A stretch of 63,381 bases of DNA from Ionaspis alba. Taxonomy: Eukaryota. Every line of letters starts with the position of its first letter. Within the stretch, counting starts at the first letter, position 1. The notes under the pieces were generated by a model. The model did not search any database. It was given only the letters and a program-made list of their open reading frames with translations, and was not told the origin of the DNA. The stretch spans positions 1-63,381 of the forward strand of contig CAXUUL010000022.1 of NCBI GenBank assembly GCA_964255285.1, read 5' to 3'. Below, piece after piece: positions 12,280 to 24,314 of this stretch. The translations under genes were made by a program, and so were the position numbers.

Positions 12280-14142
12280 ATGCCTAGCGGGCATGTACCT
12301 GCATTCTGTCGATGCTTTAGGCGGGTGTCAATCCAAGCTGCACCTCGCAGCTGTTCCCTCCGATCAGGTCCCGGGTCTCATCTGCACAAGTCTCACCTGA
12401 AGTTGAAGTCCACTAGCTCGATATCAGCGCATCCAGATGGTGACCACGGGAATGTAAACCAGCTTGAGCAGTCGTCGCAATGGAAAACTGACTTGCCACT
12501 GCTCCCCTGGCAGAGAATGCCCAACACCAAGGATATATTCGTCGACGACTTACACGCTACGCTGGAGGCACACCGAGCTACAAACAGGGCGGCCCTGATT
12601 CGGAAGGTAGAAGATCCAACACCGAAAGATATGATACGTCTGAAGCTCGGTAGCTCTCAGAAGACCAAACACGAAATCGAACATCTTGCTGCAGGCGAGC
12701 AACGAACTGCGGAGAAAGGGGATCAGACAAGGGACATGAGATCTGTGCGTGAAAGACTGGCATTGAATACTCAAGATCTTGTGAAGGATCCGGTGCTACC
12801 TGCAAATCCGGAAACCGAAGACTATGTTGGGCTCTCAAAGAGAGCGTGTGGATTCTGGAAAATCGAGCAACACGAAGCCGTTGCGAGGTTGGGCGACAGT
12901 CCTTGGCTAGAATACATCGAGGATTTTGAGGGAGAAGGGATGAATCGGTATATCCAGCATCGAGTACCCATTTAGGAAGGATACCTCAACTGACTTGACG
13001 ATCCTCCTAGCTTGAGCCACGAGATCAAAGCTTTCGAGGCATACATGAGACCAACACCTGGCGAGGCACAATCTGTCGAACAATGCATCCACGAAGTCAC
13101 TCGAATCGTCACCAAAGCACTACCTTCCAACCCGCTGACCATGCACGGTTCTCGATTCACTGGTCTCGCCGCACCCCATTCCGACATTGACTTCCGAATC
13201 TCAATCCCCGAGTACGAAAAAGATCTATCTATACGTGGCCCTAGCGCTTCACGTCCCGAAGCCCGTAAAGCAAGCCGGCGGGTCCTGAGAGTTATTGCTA
13301 GGGCTCTCCAACGCTCTCGACGATATAGCAACATCGAATTCGTCTGGGGCCGCCTTCCACTGATCACGGCAAAAGATAATCTAACTGGGCTGGAGCTACA
13401 ATTCCTAGCTCTGGCACCCGTTCTCCCAGCACGAGAATACTCTGCCAACTATCTCGCTGAATTCTACGCTCTTCGCCCACTTTTCGTTCTCCTCCGGCAC
13501 GCCCTAGACATGAGGAACCTAACCACCGTCTACGAAGGGGGTCTGGGGTCATACCCACTGCTAATGATGATCGTCACAGCACTCAAGCACGCGCCCGGAG
13601 CCTTCGCCCGCAACGACCTAGCTGGACAACTTCTGCACGTACTCAACTTCTATGCGACGGCGGATCTCTACACCTACGGCTTCTCTGCAGACCCGCCACG
13701 TATCTTCCCCAAGAAATTCCCCAGAGCCGGCTCTGAAGAGCGAGAAGGCGAGGTCCAAGACCGCTACACAGCCGGAATCGGTGTATTGCGCAAAGAAAGC
13801 CAGCGCCGAGCCCCCTGGTTGCTTTGCTTACAGGACCCAGCTGATCCGGTGAACGATCTAGGAAAGAAAGCATTCCAGATCAAACACATCCAAGCGACGT
13901 TTGCGAGCGTGAGGGCGAAGATCGTGCACTCGATGGCGTTGTGGGAGGAGTGTAATGTGGCTGTGAGGAAAATGAGGCGATGGGCGCTGCTAGCGCCTTT
14001 GGTGAGAGCTAAGTATCAGATCTTTGCGAAGCAGCGGCGGAGGTTGGCCAGGGCGCACATGCAAGAGGAGGTTGATGTGATCAAGCAGCTGAACGGGGGA
14101 CGAAACCGGGATTTGATTAAGAAGGTTTATGTGAAGAAGTGA
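12280..14142 (+). CDS. Non-canonical poly(A)/nucleotidyltransferase-like protein (Trf4/Cid1 Pol-beta superfamily) with putative mitochondrial presequence
   Basis: HGS..TGLA.PHSDIDF motif, GGLGSY, LCLQDP.DP.NDLG; intron 12948-13010 joins the two ORFs in frame. Confidence 0.85.
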
Positions 14143-14514
14143 GATGCTCAATTTGCGGAAACTGCGCATAGACGCGATAGAGTAAACCCAAAATATCGGT
14201 CAACCACGACTATACTGGACAGCGAACATATACATCAATGCAAGTCACCTTATCCTTATGAGCGGCAACAATCCTCGCAGAATGAGCCCAGAAGATTTTT
14301 GGGGCGCTCCACTAGCTACACCCTAGAAAGAAAGATTATCGACAATGGGATATCGACGACAAAGACCCCTCTTCCAAACTCTTTCCCTCTGTTTCTCCCC
14401 ATGCTTCCCAACCTCAACCCACCAGATTACGCACAAGCCTCCCTTCAAGGAAACAAAATAAACTATTGCCACCCTATAAGACAGAATTCGTATGTCATCG
14501 CACAACAGACCACT

Positions 14515-17116
14515 CTACTTTTTATCCTTGTCACTGAACTTGCTCTTCAACTTCCCAAAAAACCCGCTGACCCTCTTGTTCTTCTTCGCCTCCCCACTAG
14601 CACTGCTCTCACCTGTCTTCGCACTCATCGGACTCGCTTGACTAGCTGGCGCAGCCTTCTTGGGCGTTGAAGTTGTTGCAGCAGGGGACGTCGTGGGCGC
14701 AGTCGAGGAGCCGACTCCCGTTGTGACAGAGGGCTGGGCGGGGGTAGAAGACGATGCCGGACCCTTGGACATAGGCGAGACATCGCGGGAGTCGACGAAG
14801 GGTTTCGCAGCTTGGGTTGTTGCGGGGGTGGCGGCTGGAGCGGCGAGGCCGTCTCTCTGTGAAGTGGAGGTTGAGAGCGGTTCTTCGGTCGATTTTGTGG
14901 CTGGCGGGGCAGCAGCGGTGGTGGTGTATGATGGCTCTGGAAGGGGAGTTTCGGTTGACTTGGTGGCAGGTGGAGCAGCCGGCTGTGAAAGGGGGGTTGC
15001 GGTGGATTTCATGCCAGCGGCTGCGAGGCCTGGCTCGGCGGCCTTGGTCTGGGAGGTGGGCGCCGGCGCGGAGTCGGACATTGTTGCACTGTCCGTAGGT
15101 GCTGGGGTGCCGGAACTTTCATCGCTTTTGACGAGGTTGAGGAGTTGATTCTCCATGGCGCTTTTCTCTTTGACCATCTCCTTGATCGCAGCTGCCTCGG
15201 GAGATACGTGCGCTTTGGTAATGGATTCTTGCACGACATCAGGAACTGCAGGGGCGATAGCAGTACCGGAGCTTTGGTTCATCTGACTGATGGACTCTTG
15301 GACCGATTGCGGGATGCCCCGAGGAGGCATAGATGTAGTGCCTTCAGAGGATTTGTCATTTGACGAGAGACCTAGAGCGGCAGCGCCTGCAGAAAGCGCT
15401 CCCGCACCACCCGCAGCGATACCGGCTGTTTGGCCGCCAGTGAGTCCTGTCCTTTCGGCACCACCACTTGCCGCAGCAGTACTTTCCGAAGTCGGCGGCT
15501 CCTCCGGTACCTTGCTTTCCAGTTCCTGCTCTACTTCGCTCTTCTCCATCACTGCTTCTTGATTCGCACTAGCTTCTGGTGCGAAGCCAGCTTCGTTTCG
15601 GCTTTCCTGCACCATCTCAGGAACACCACGGGGCTCAAGTGAAACTTGACCTGCGAGTTGAGCGGTACTGCTCTCTGGACCAGCAGACTGGATATGGGGA
15701 TCAAGATCCTTCTCCGTGAATGCAGCTGCTCCCATGGGTAGACTCGACTCTGGTATCAGATTTTTCTGGCCCTCAGGAAGACCGAACATGCCAAACCCCT
15801 TTGCTTCACGCTCTTTTTCAGGAGTGACGACATTGGGAAGTTGGGGCGCCGCAGAGCCATTCTCGTAAGTTTCCTTGTCAAGCCGTACTGTAGAGTCAAT
15901 GGTGTTACTGGTAAAGCTGGAGGGATCAGGTACTTTCTCGCCAGGTTTGAGATCCACGGGATTTCCACTACCAGCAGTGGCAGGAATGGGAGCAACGCCA
16001 AACGTTGGTTCTGAATCCTTCAAGTCCTTAGATAAAGATGGGTCGTCATGAACGGTAGATGAGATTGTGTTCGACGTGAGGGTGCTTGGATCAGGAACTT
16101 TCTCGCCAGGTGCCAGGTTGACTGGATTGCCGGTTCCAAAAGTAGCGGGTATAGGCTTCGCGTTAAATTCAGACGTCTCAGCAGCTGGTGTTTCAGGAAA
16201 ACTGCCTGGAAGATCGGACGAGCCGGTCCTTTCTAAGCTCTTATCCGACTCTTTCGGGACAGCGCCCGCGAGACCTGCTGTCGTTGACTGAGGAGTGACT
16301 CCAGAGATCATGGCTGCACCTGCACTAGGAGTTGAAGGGTGTGGTTTTTCAATATCCTCGGGCAAAAGTACGTTGTTCGTGTTGTTTGCGCCGTCGGATT
16401 CTTGAGGAGCCGTGTGATCTGTTGTCCAATTGTCGTCGACAACGAACTGGAAAATTACTGGCAATTAGTTTTTTTTGAGCAATTCCAGTTACTGCAATCA
16501 AGGTTGAGAATCGAAGGAAGGTAAGAGAGGAGGGCAGATTAGGCTGCTGCATGGAAGGAGCTAAGCTGCAAGCTGTGCGAATACCCCAAAGCTTCGGCTT
16601 CTTCCGAAGCACGTTGAGAACCAATCAATCCAGAGGCAAGGCGCTAACAGATGCCTGGAACCGAGAAGCGCAGAAGTGAGCACGTACAACGAGAATTAAT
16701 TCTCGAAGTATTGTCTTCTGAAAAGACTTGTTGGGGCAACAGCTTGAAGGAAAATGAAAAGTTCCACCCGAGAAGTCCTGGCTGACAGAGAGCAATCGTT
16801 CACGCACCTTGTAATATATCTTTCTGCCTGTGTCTGGCAGTTCCACTCTCTTCTCATGAAGGTTTCCGCTCTTCCTCTCCAGCTTCACACTCTTTGCCCA
16901 ATCGTCGAAGGTACCAGTGACATACACCTCGTTGGCGGGATGGTCCCTGGCAAATAACGTGGAAAATCAGCACTGCGCTCTCCATTATTATCGAAGGCAG
17001 CCTTGAACTCGCAAGCGGCTTGATGCCGTTGACGCTGGCTGCCTGGAGAAACTGGTTCGCCAATCGTTTACGAGAAGATGATCTAACGTACCACTTGAAG
17101 ACGAAGCTCCCCATGA
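14515..17116 (-). CDS. Crp1/Mdg1-like protein: N-terminal CBM48 (AMPK-beta-type glycogen-binding) domain + long Ser/Thr/Pro/Ala-rich repeat tail
   Basis: MGSFVFKW|DHPANEVYVTGTFDDW...KIYYK|FVVDDNW; introns about 16947-17092 and 16447-16807. Confidence 0.85.
15876..16158 (-). repeat. Duplicated ~39-aa peptide repeat PIPAT.G.GNPV.L.PGEKVPDPS..TSNTI.STV in the CBM48 protein
   Basis: Two near-identical copies visible in the 649-aa ORF translation. Confidence 0.85.
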
Positions 17117-17798
17117 TGCGCTGACTCGGAGCACTCTCCGACGCAACGGCCCGGTCAAAGGGATCGAAGGGACCTTTGATAGGACTGGCGTCAGGAGGTG
17201 TCTGTGGGTATCCCAAAGCAAACTGATAGATTTGCCTAGTGACGTTGCTTCTCCTGCTCGCCGGGCGCGCGGGTGAAGAGGACGAGGAATCAATGTTGGC
17301 GTGAGGACGTGGCGGAGTCGAGAACTACGAAAGAGATGTCGCGAGTGCAGGTCAGGTACCAACGATGACGAGAAAGATCTGGAGTGCAAAGCAGTGGCCA
17401 GGTTATGGTGTCGTGAAGTTGGGACAAAGCTGGTGGAAGAACGTTATGTTTCTCGGTACTTCAACGGATAACGTCTTCGATGGAGTTCCAGGGGGCTGGT
17501 CGGCTAAGCTGAAGATGGTAATCTGATCGTAATTTAAAAAGTGGCTAAGATAGAAATCGAACGGCCCAGATCGGGCTCTGCCTTGGACATTTCAGCTTCG
17601 TCGTCACCAATTATACTAAGACATCCCACTTGCAGCTTCCTTCCTTCTCCTGATTTACGCATACTGAGGTGGACAGAGACGCTCATGGGGGATCACGCTC
17701 TCGGAAAGCCCAGGATTCGTCACTGTCTGCATCGACAAGATGACTTCACAGCATTGGCTGAAGAGTGGAGCGACTTCAATTTTGCTTGTGAATATTGC

Positions 17799-18487
17799 TC
17801 AGCACTCTCCTCCAGATCTCTCGTTTACCCTCTCATCTAGACAAATGCACATAGCGACCACCAGTGCCATATCGACATTCGGTGCTATCGTGACACAATA
17901 TGTTTGCTTGCTCCCGAACATCTGTCCGATGTTGAAAAGCTTCCGATCTATCCTCGCTACCACTCTCTCCCCGTCCTTGATTTCTGCCGAGACGTTGAAG
18001 AAGTTTCCCTTCATCTTGAGCGTGACTTGTTGCGAGTCGGAGATATTCTGGAATGCGATGGTTGATTTACTACCGCCGACTGATCAAAAAGTGTTAGCAA
18101 CAATTGAACCAATGGAATCTGCGTTTCGATGAACCGGAACGAGGAGGTGTGCTTACAGCTGAAGTGTCCATCCACAGTCAGGAATTCTTGCCCGTTTGGA
18201 TCTTCTGCATAGTAGCTTTTCTGAAACGAAAAATGACGCCTACGGAGGGTGAAGAGATGTCGGCCCTGCATGTCCATGACTTCCTTCCGGCCTGACGCAC
18301 TCAAGAGAGCCCCGTGAACCTTCAAGATGGGCTGCCCGTCCACTGTCTTGACTTCAAAGTCATCTCCAGACCAGGAGAACATTTTCTCACGCAGCATCAG
18401 AGTGGTGCATTGTTGTGCGTAGAAAGCTTTGAACACACCGAGAGTCGTAGGGACTGGTGGTAGCTGAGGCATCTGTGCTGCTGCCAT
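17799..18487 (-). CDS. LURP-one-related / Tubby C-terminal-like (DUF567) protein
   Basis: LMLREKMFSWSGDDFEVK..DG.PILKV.G..LS.SGRK and C-terminal YCVTIAPNVDMALVVAMCICLDE; intron 18080-18156. Confidence 0.85.
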
Positions 18488-18950
18488 TTTTCGAGGTCTG
18501 GTGGAGGCTGCAAATTGGAGGTTGAAGTTTCGGGTAACTGTGTGAGGGAGCTCTTTGTAGAAGATGATATTGAACAAAGGAATGTGGATGATGTTTGAAG
18601 TCAAAGGGGATTATGATCAAATCCACATGAGTATACCATTGCAGTCACCTTTGTGAATTGGGGATCCACACGGGAATGGAGCTCTGAAGGGAGTCAGCAG
18701 GCTCACTGGAGAAACATGACACACAGGCTGTAGCAATTGGGTTGCATTGCAATGGAGCCTATCGCTTGTCCGACCTTCACCCTATACTATAATTGTGAAT
18801 GATCTACTATGAGCCGTTGTGGCGCAGTTGTCCTTGTACCTTGCAGTCGTAGTATATGTCCATCTCTAGGCGTAGATCACTGCTGGTGGTGACTCCAACC
18901 TCTGTCACATCGATCCTCGGCCCAGCAGGCAGCTGGACTCGGGCAACCGA

Positions 18951-21062
18951 ATGGCATTGATATGTATGACCACCCTTTTCACGTGGTGAGCCTGTTTCAG
19001 ACACGTAAACGATTGACTGATAGTCTTAGAAGCGCCCACGATCCTAGCATTACGGAGAGATCCACGCCTTCTCAAAATTCCTCCCTATCTCTCTGCCCTC
19101 TTTGTCCTTGTCGGAGTAATCTGGCTCCTGCTATTGCCTCTCAACGAATACTCAAGGCAAACCTACATTTCCGAGAATGCGTTACTACCAGGTCAGGTAC
19201 ATACGTACTTTGGTGGCAGCGAGCAGAACATTTTCAATGCCTACAAGAACGAGGTCCAGACCTTAGCCGGGAAGCCTCAAGATGAGTACGAGAGTATACT
19301 ACTTTGCTCGTACAAATATATCTGACCCATTGCTTATGGCAGGATCTCAGAGAAGCTTGGGGAGATTCTTCGATCTTCAGGGTTGAAAGTAGCTCGGCAA
19401 AAGTACTACTATCAGGCCGCCGGAACTCGATTTGCTGGAGAAAATGTGTACGCCATCCTTCAGGCACCCCGAGGAGATGCAACAGAAGCAATCGTGCTGG
19501 TTGCAGCGTGGAGAAACATGGATGAACTGCTCAACCAGAGCGGTGTAGCTCTGCTGTTGACACTGGCAAGATACTTCAAGAGTATATCCACTCTTCCCTA
19601 CATTCTTTGTACTCCGCGCACTAACCGACTGCTCAGGATGGTCACTCTGGTCCAAAGACATCATCTTCCTCATAACCGCCGACAGCGTCGCCGGTCCCCA
19701 AGCGTGGATTGACGCCTACCATGACGCCCACTCCCCAACCTCAGTCGCCTCTCTCACTTTGAAGAGCGGAGCCCTCCAAGGCGCCGTTGTAGTCGACAAT
19801 CCTCTGAACCAGCGATTCGAATCCCTCCACATAGCCTACGATGGCATCAATGGGCAGCTCCCCAATCTTGACCTCTTCAACACAGCGGTCTCCATCGCCA
19901 GTGGCCAGATGGGCATAGGTGTCTCGCTGCAACGGATGAGGAAGCACAACGACAGCTATAAGGAAAGGCTGCAGACCATGCTGCGCGGAATGACAAGTCA
20001 AGGGTTAGGTCATGCCTCTGGGCCTCATAGCAGCTTCATACCCTACCACGTTGACGCCATCACATTGCAAGCGGTCGGGCTAGGCTGGCATGATGAAATG
20101 GCCATGGGTAGGGTTGTTGAGAGCCTCTTCCGCAGCCTCAACAACCTGCTGGAGCACTTCCACCAGAGCTTTTTCTTCTACCTCCTCATGCAGGCAAACC
20201 GCTTTGTTAGTATTGGCACTTACCTGCCTAGTGCTATGCTCGTGGCTGTCAACTTCACGATCATGGCTATCTCGCTCTGGGTGCAAAGTGGACGACCACG
20301 GAAGACAAACATCGCTGCGCCGACTAAGGAGGGTGGGACCAAGGAGTCAGATGTCCTGGTCGTCAAGAAAGAAGGCATGACAGCCATTGTACCAAAGCAA
20401 GATCTCGCCGTTGTGGAGCGTGCACTCTTCTTCCCCGCCACTTTTGTGCTGAGCCTGCATCTGCTCGGCGTCATCCCGCTGTACCTCTTCAACAATACCT
20501 CTCAAGCCGTAATGCTCCCGACCTCAAGCCAGTATTTCCACTCGCATAGCCCCACTCGCTAACAATGGCCTATTCACAGAAGCTACCCATCTTTCTCCAA
20601 ACCTTCGCCCTTCTCAATCTCCTCCTCCCGACTCTTCTCACTACAGCCCTCTCACACTACGCACCTCCAACCCAGCAACAATGCCTTCTGACAAAATGCT
20701 TCTCTCTCCTCCTTCTTGGCATGTTCCTTGCCACCCTCTCGACCCTCAATTTCTCTCTTGCCTTCCTCATTGGTCTCCTCGCCACACCTTTATCCTTTAT
20801 CGGTATACCCTATGCAGATGCGACGCGTCCACCTCTCTGGCGGACGGTGGCTGAGAATGTGATGCTGCATGCGCTGGCTCCACCCATCGTGTTTGCAGGT
20901 CTTTGTTTCCTGGCAGGCATTGGAGTTGAGCAGGTGCTGGCGGCAGCGGCGTTTGGTTGGCGGGTTTCGGGTTTGTGGACGCAGGTCGTGGTTTGGTGTG
21001 TTTGGTGGCCGGCGTGGGTTGTCGGTGCTGTGTTTGTGAGTCCAGGGCAAGCAAGGAAGTAG
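18951..21062 (+). CDS. GAA1: GPI transamidase component Gaa1
   Basis: TYISENALLPG, APRGDATEAIVL, NGQLPNLDL, RSLNNLLEHFHQSFFFY, FVSIGTYLPSAML, C-terminal TM bundle; four introns. Confidence 0.95.
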
Positions 21063-21692
21063 ACGTTGTAGCAGCAGCGAAGACATTCAGATAGTTGTCC
21101 GAATTCGGTCGCTCAATCGTGAGAAGCTCCCCATGGTCATTGTCGTGAGAAGCATCACCAGAGCTTGAATGTAGAGCTGTAAGAAATAGTCTACGACATG
21201 CGAAGATATTGTCCGAACGCTATTACGGGGTCATGTCGTTCTGCATCAGAGTGTGCCAGTTTAGAGACCATACGAGCATGTGAGGATGATGACAGAGATT
21301 TCTATTAGCTCTTGTAGGTAAAGCAATCGAATCCAGCTATTTCATCTTCAACAAGTTCAGACTTCCTTGTCCAGCCAGCTATCCAGAGAGCCATTTCGAA
21401 CATGAAGCTCCTCCGCAAATTTCCCTATAGCCAGCATGCAAACAGAAGCCTTCCCAATGTCACACAGAGCAACGCCAATCATTACACTATCCTTCCGATT
21501 AATCTCTCCAAACTCCCATTCATGATCACATCAACATCATAGCAAGTACAAATGCTTACTGCAGAACAACATCAACCACGTAGCATGCTGGCGACACGCC
21601 AACCATCCCATCAAAGGTGCAGAACAGTAAAAACGCGTCAACTTGTTCAACACAGATGCTTACTCAGGTCTGGTGCCATGGCTGCGAGCAGA

Positions 21693-22490
21693 CTAGCGAC
21701 CGAACAAACCCCAGTCCTTAATCTGGAAGGATGAAATGACTTGATCGCGGATCTTCTGGCCTTCGTTGATCAGACCACCGGTGCGGCCATCTTCCATGCT
21801 GATCTCGTGAGGTTCGTACTGACCTTGCACGTGCGGAATGTTGATAGTGATCATCAGGTCAGTACTCTCCTGAGCGAGACGAATGAGAATCATGATGACG
21901 GCCGTGAAGTCAGTGGTAGCCTTTCCGTCCGCTGAAGGATTGCGACCGTCTGGGTGGGTAGTAGCGAACATAGTGTAAGCACTTCCAACGCTAGAGACCA
22001 TTTAATCACAAGCATTGAGGAGGACCAGTTGCAAGAACTTACTGTAGCTTGGGCAAGACAACGCGATCGATACCCCACACACGGATTCCATCTTCTCCAT
22101 TGGCAACGTCCTCAAGATGATATTTGAACGCTTCTTCGTCTGTATCAAATCCCGTGACGCGTTCCAAAATGTCGAAAACGACGCTGGTTGAGCCGTCGCG
22201 CTCGAGGTAGACTTCCTGATGGTCAGGAATCTGGCGGATATTGCTAGAATGAGGTGAGTCATGGCCCATTGGAGTTGTCAACACCAATGCGCATTGTAGA
22301 ATGATTCTTGAACGTTGCAATATGGCAAATGGCAGCGGGACAACGACATGCCTGGACACAAGAACGACAGAGATGGTGGATAATGAGGAACGACGACATT
22401 GATCATTTACCTTGCATCAACGAAGTCAACCGGGACTTCCACACCGAGTGCTCCCCCGTACAGGTCGACATAGGCGTAGTTGCGAGGCAT
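21693..22490 (-). CDS. MOG1: Ran guanine-nucleotide release factor Mog1 (Mog1/PsbP fold)
   Basis: MPRNYAYVDLYGGALGVEVPVDFVDAS|NIRQIPDHQEVY...S.VFDILE...LIRL....TDLMITINIP...IKDWGLFG*; introns 22244-22410 and 21991-22042. Confidence 0.9.
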
Positions 22491-23003
22491 GTTGGAAATC
22501 GACGGGTGGATGTCCTATAGAAGGCCGCGGCAATTTTGCTTGCAGAAGTCCTTGGTGGAAGTTGAAGTATCTTTGGAGTGGATGTATGGAGTAGATGCAG
22601 ATTGAGGTGTGAGATGTGGGAGATGAGGATAACGAGGGAGATGGACGCGAACAGAAATATAAAGATGCCTTGCGTAGCTGCGGGAGCATCCGCCGTAGTG
22701 CAGACTAGTGATATGGCTAGCTGATATTGTCTTGCCCTTCTCGGAAGACGATGAAACCGCTAGTCGCTTCACGCATCGACTGGTGTGGACAGCTAGCCCT
22801 GATATGGGGCCACGTGACGGTTGTCTAGGCACGGTTGGCTCGATAGCGTCGGACACTGTTGCGGCAAGAGAGATGAGAGCTTTTGGGTTCTCAGATGAAG
22901 TGGGAGAGTCAGGAAGTGAGTTTAGCCTGCTTTGGACAATGGCGTGCTTGGTAGGCCTTGAAGAGACAATCAGAAAAGACCTTGACGCCAAGAGAATCCT
23001 CTA

Positions 23004-23497
23004 TCAAGTTGCTGTGCCGTGAGGCTCGACTTCCATTGATGTGTGCTCAGGCACAATACCTTCCACGTCTGCCTGCTTTCTCTGGCCGTTATCTACACCG
23101 AGACCAATTGCAGCGTCTGCTTCCTTCTGAGTGTATGGTTCTTCTCGAAGAGATTTTATTCTTTCAAATGTCAATTGATTGTTGCGAGCACGTGCTGAGA
23201 AATGAAAGAAAACTGACCTCCTCTTATGATTCTTCCCTCTGCGATGCTGAATCAGGCTATTCTCTCCTTCAAACCATTTGGCACACTCCGTACAGTACCA
23301 CTGTCCGAGACCTGGCCTAGCTTCGTTGGGCTCGGTTGCCTTATGCTGGGCAAGATGTTTGGGTGACCGCAAATCAGTATATATCTGGTCGAGGTCTCTG
23401 TATGAGTGGTCAACTGAGGCTTTCTCTGAGAAGTTTCATCATCACAAAGTACTCACCTAGTGCGCCGCTTTGTCTTGCTCCTCCGTATAGAACCCAT
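23004..23497 (-). CDS. BUD20: Bud20/ZNF593 C2H2 zinc-finger pre-60S factor
   Basis: MGSIRRSKTKRRTR|DLDQI...PGLGQWYCTECAKWFE....HRRGKNHKRR|IKSLREEPYTQKEADAA. Confidence 0.93.
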
Positions 23498-24314
23498 GCT
23501 GATTTGTGGTTGGCAGTTGTTGTCGACACAAGGGTGGTGGCTAGCGGCCTTGAAGAAGCACCGGCCCGATATGCTGCCGGTTGGAGAGACTGTTCTTGGC
23601 TCTCGAAACAGATGCTCCGAGGAAGGAGTGCTTGAATCGTTGCCGAAGCATACAGTAATTGCCACGATTGTTGCATTTGTGGGTACCGCCTATGTTTTAA
23701 GGGAGGTGAAATTAGCGAGCAGCCCCGGGGCCATACTTTCGCCAACTATTGTGGTTGTTATGTCTTGGTAACGACTCAAGTACCCCAGCCTCGTCCTCCT
23801 CCTCCCGATTCAAGTTCCCCTCTAGATTCGACAGTGGTGACAACACATCAGCAAAGGGATCTTGAGGGAAGGGCTTGGTCAATTGAATGTTTGATCTGAC
23901 CTATCCTCCAAATAGAGACTCTCCTCAATTGTGAAATGACGCTATGGTGGGGAAGTACCTTGGCATTTGCAGGATTTACGCTTGGTTGGATCTCGGACTA
24001 TTGCTTCGCAGCAGCAGAAACGGGGTGTTTCGACTCACCTGGACGTGGACATATGCATGCTGGACACACTTAGAGCTATGAAAATGTCATATCCAAAAAG
24101 TAGAGCCAGCGAATGAGAAGCGAAGCGTTATAAAGGCCCGGAGTGTCATGTGACCCCCATCCGAGGCTGTCTAGATAACAAGGTCGCTCATACAGCTCGT
24201 CCCAGCACCAACACAGTTTGCAGCCTCTTAACCCCCCTCCACTCTTGCATCCCGCTATTCAAGAACCCGTAGAGCTTCTTCTCCGATTGTCTTCATCATT
24301 GAACGGCTTTCAAG

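Noticed and set aside
14660..15642. Several antisense ORFs over the CBM48 gene (similar ones over PRP24, FKS1, LCB1, GH17)
   Set aside because: Shadow frames expected from GC-rich codon usage on the opposite strand
22039..22359. ORF-track start for MOG1
   Set aside because: Its N-terminal part is intron; the conserved LYGGA exon starts at 22490
22515..23022. 158-aa minus and 104-aa plus ORFs between MOG1 and BUD20
   Set aside because: Non-ATG starts, no recognisable domain, and the region is needed as BUD20 3' UTR / MOG1 promoter
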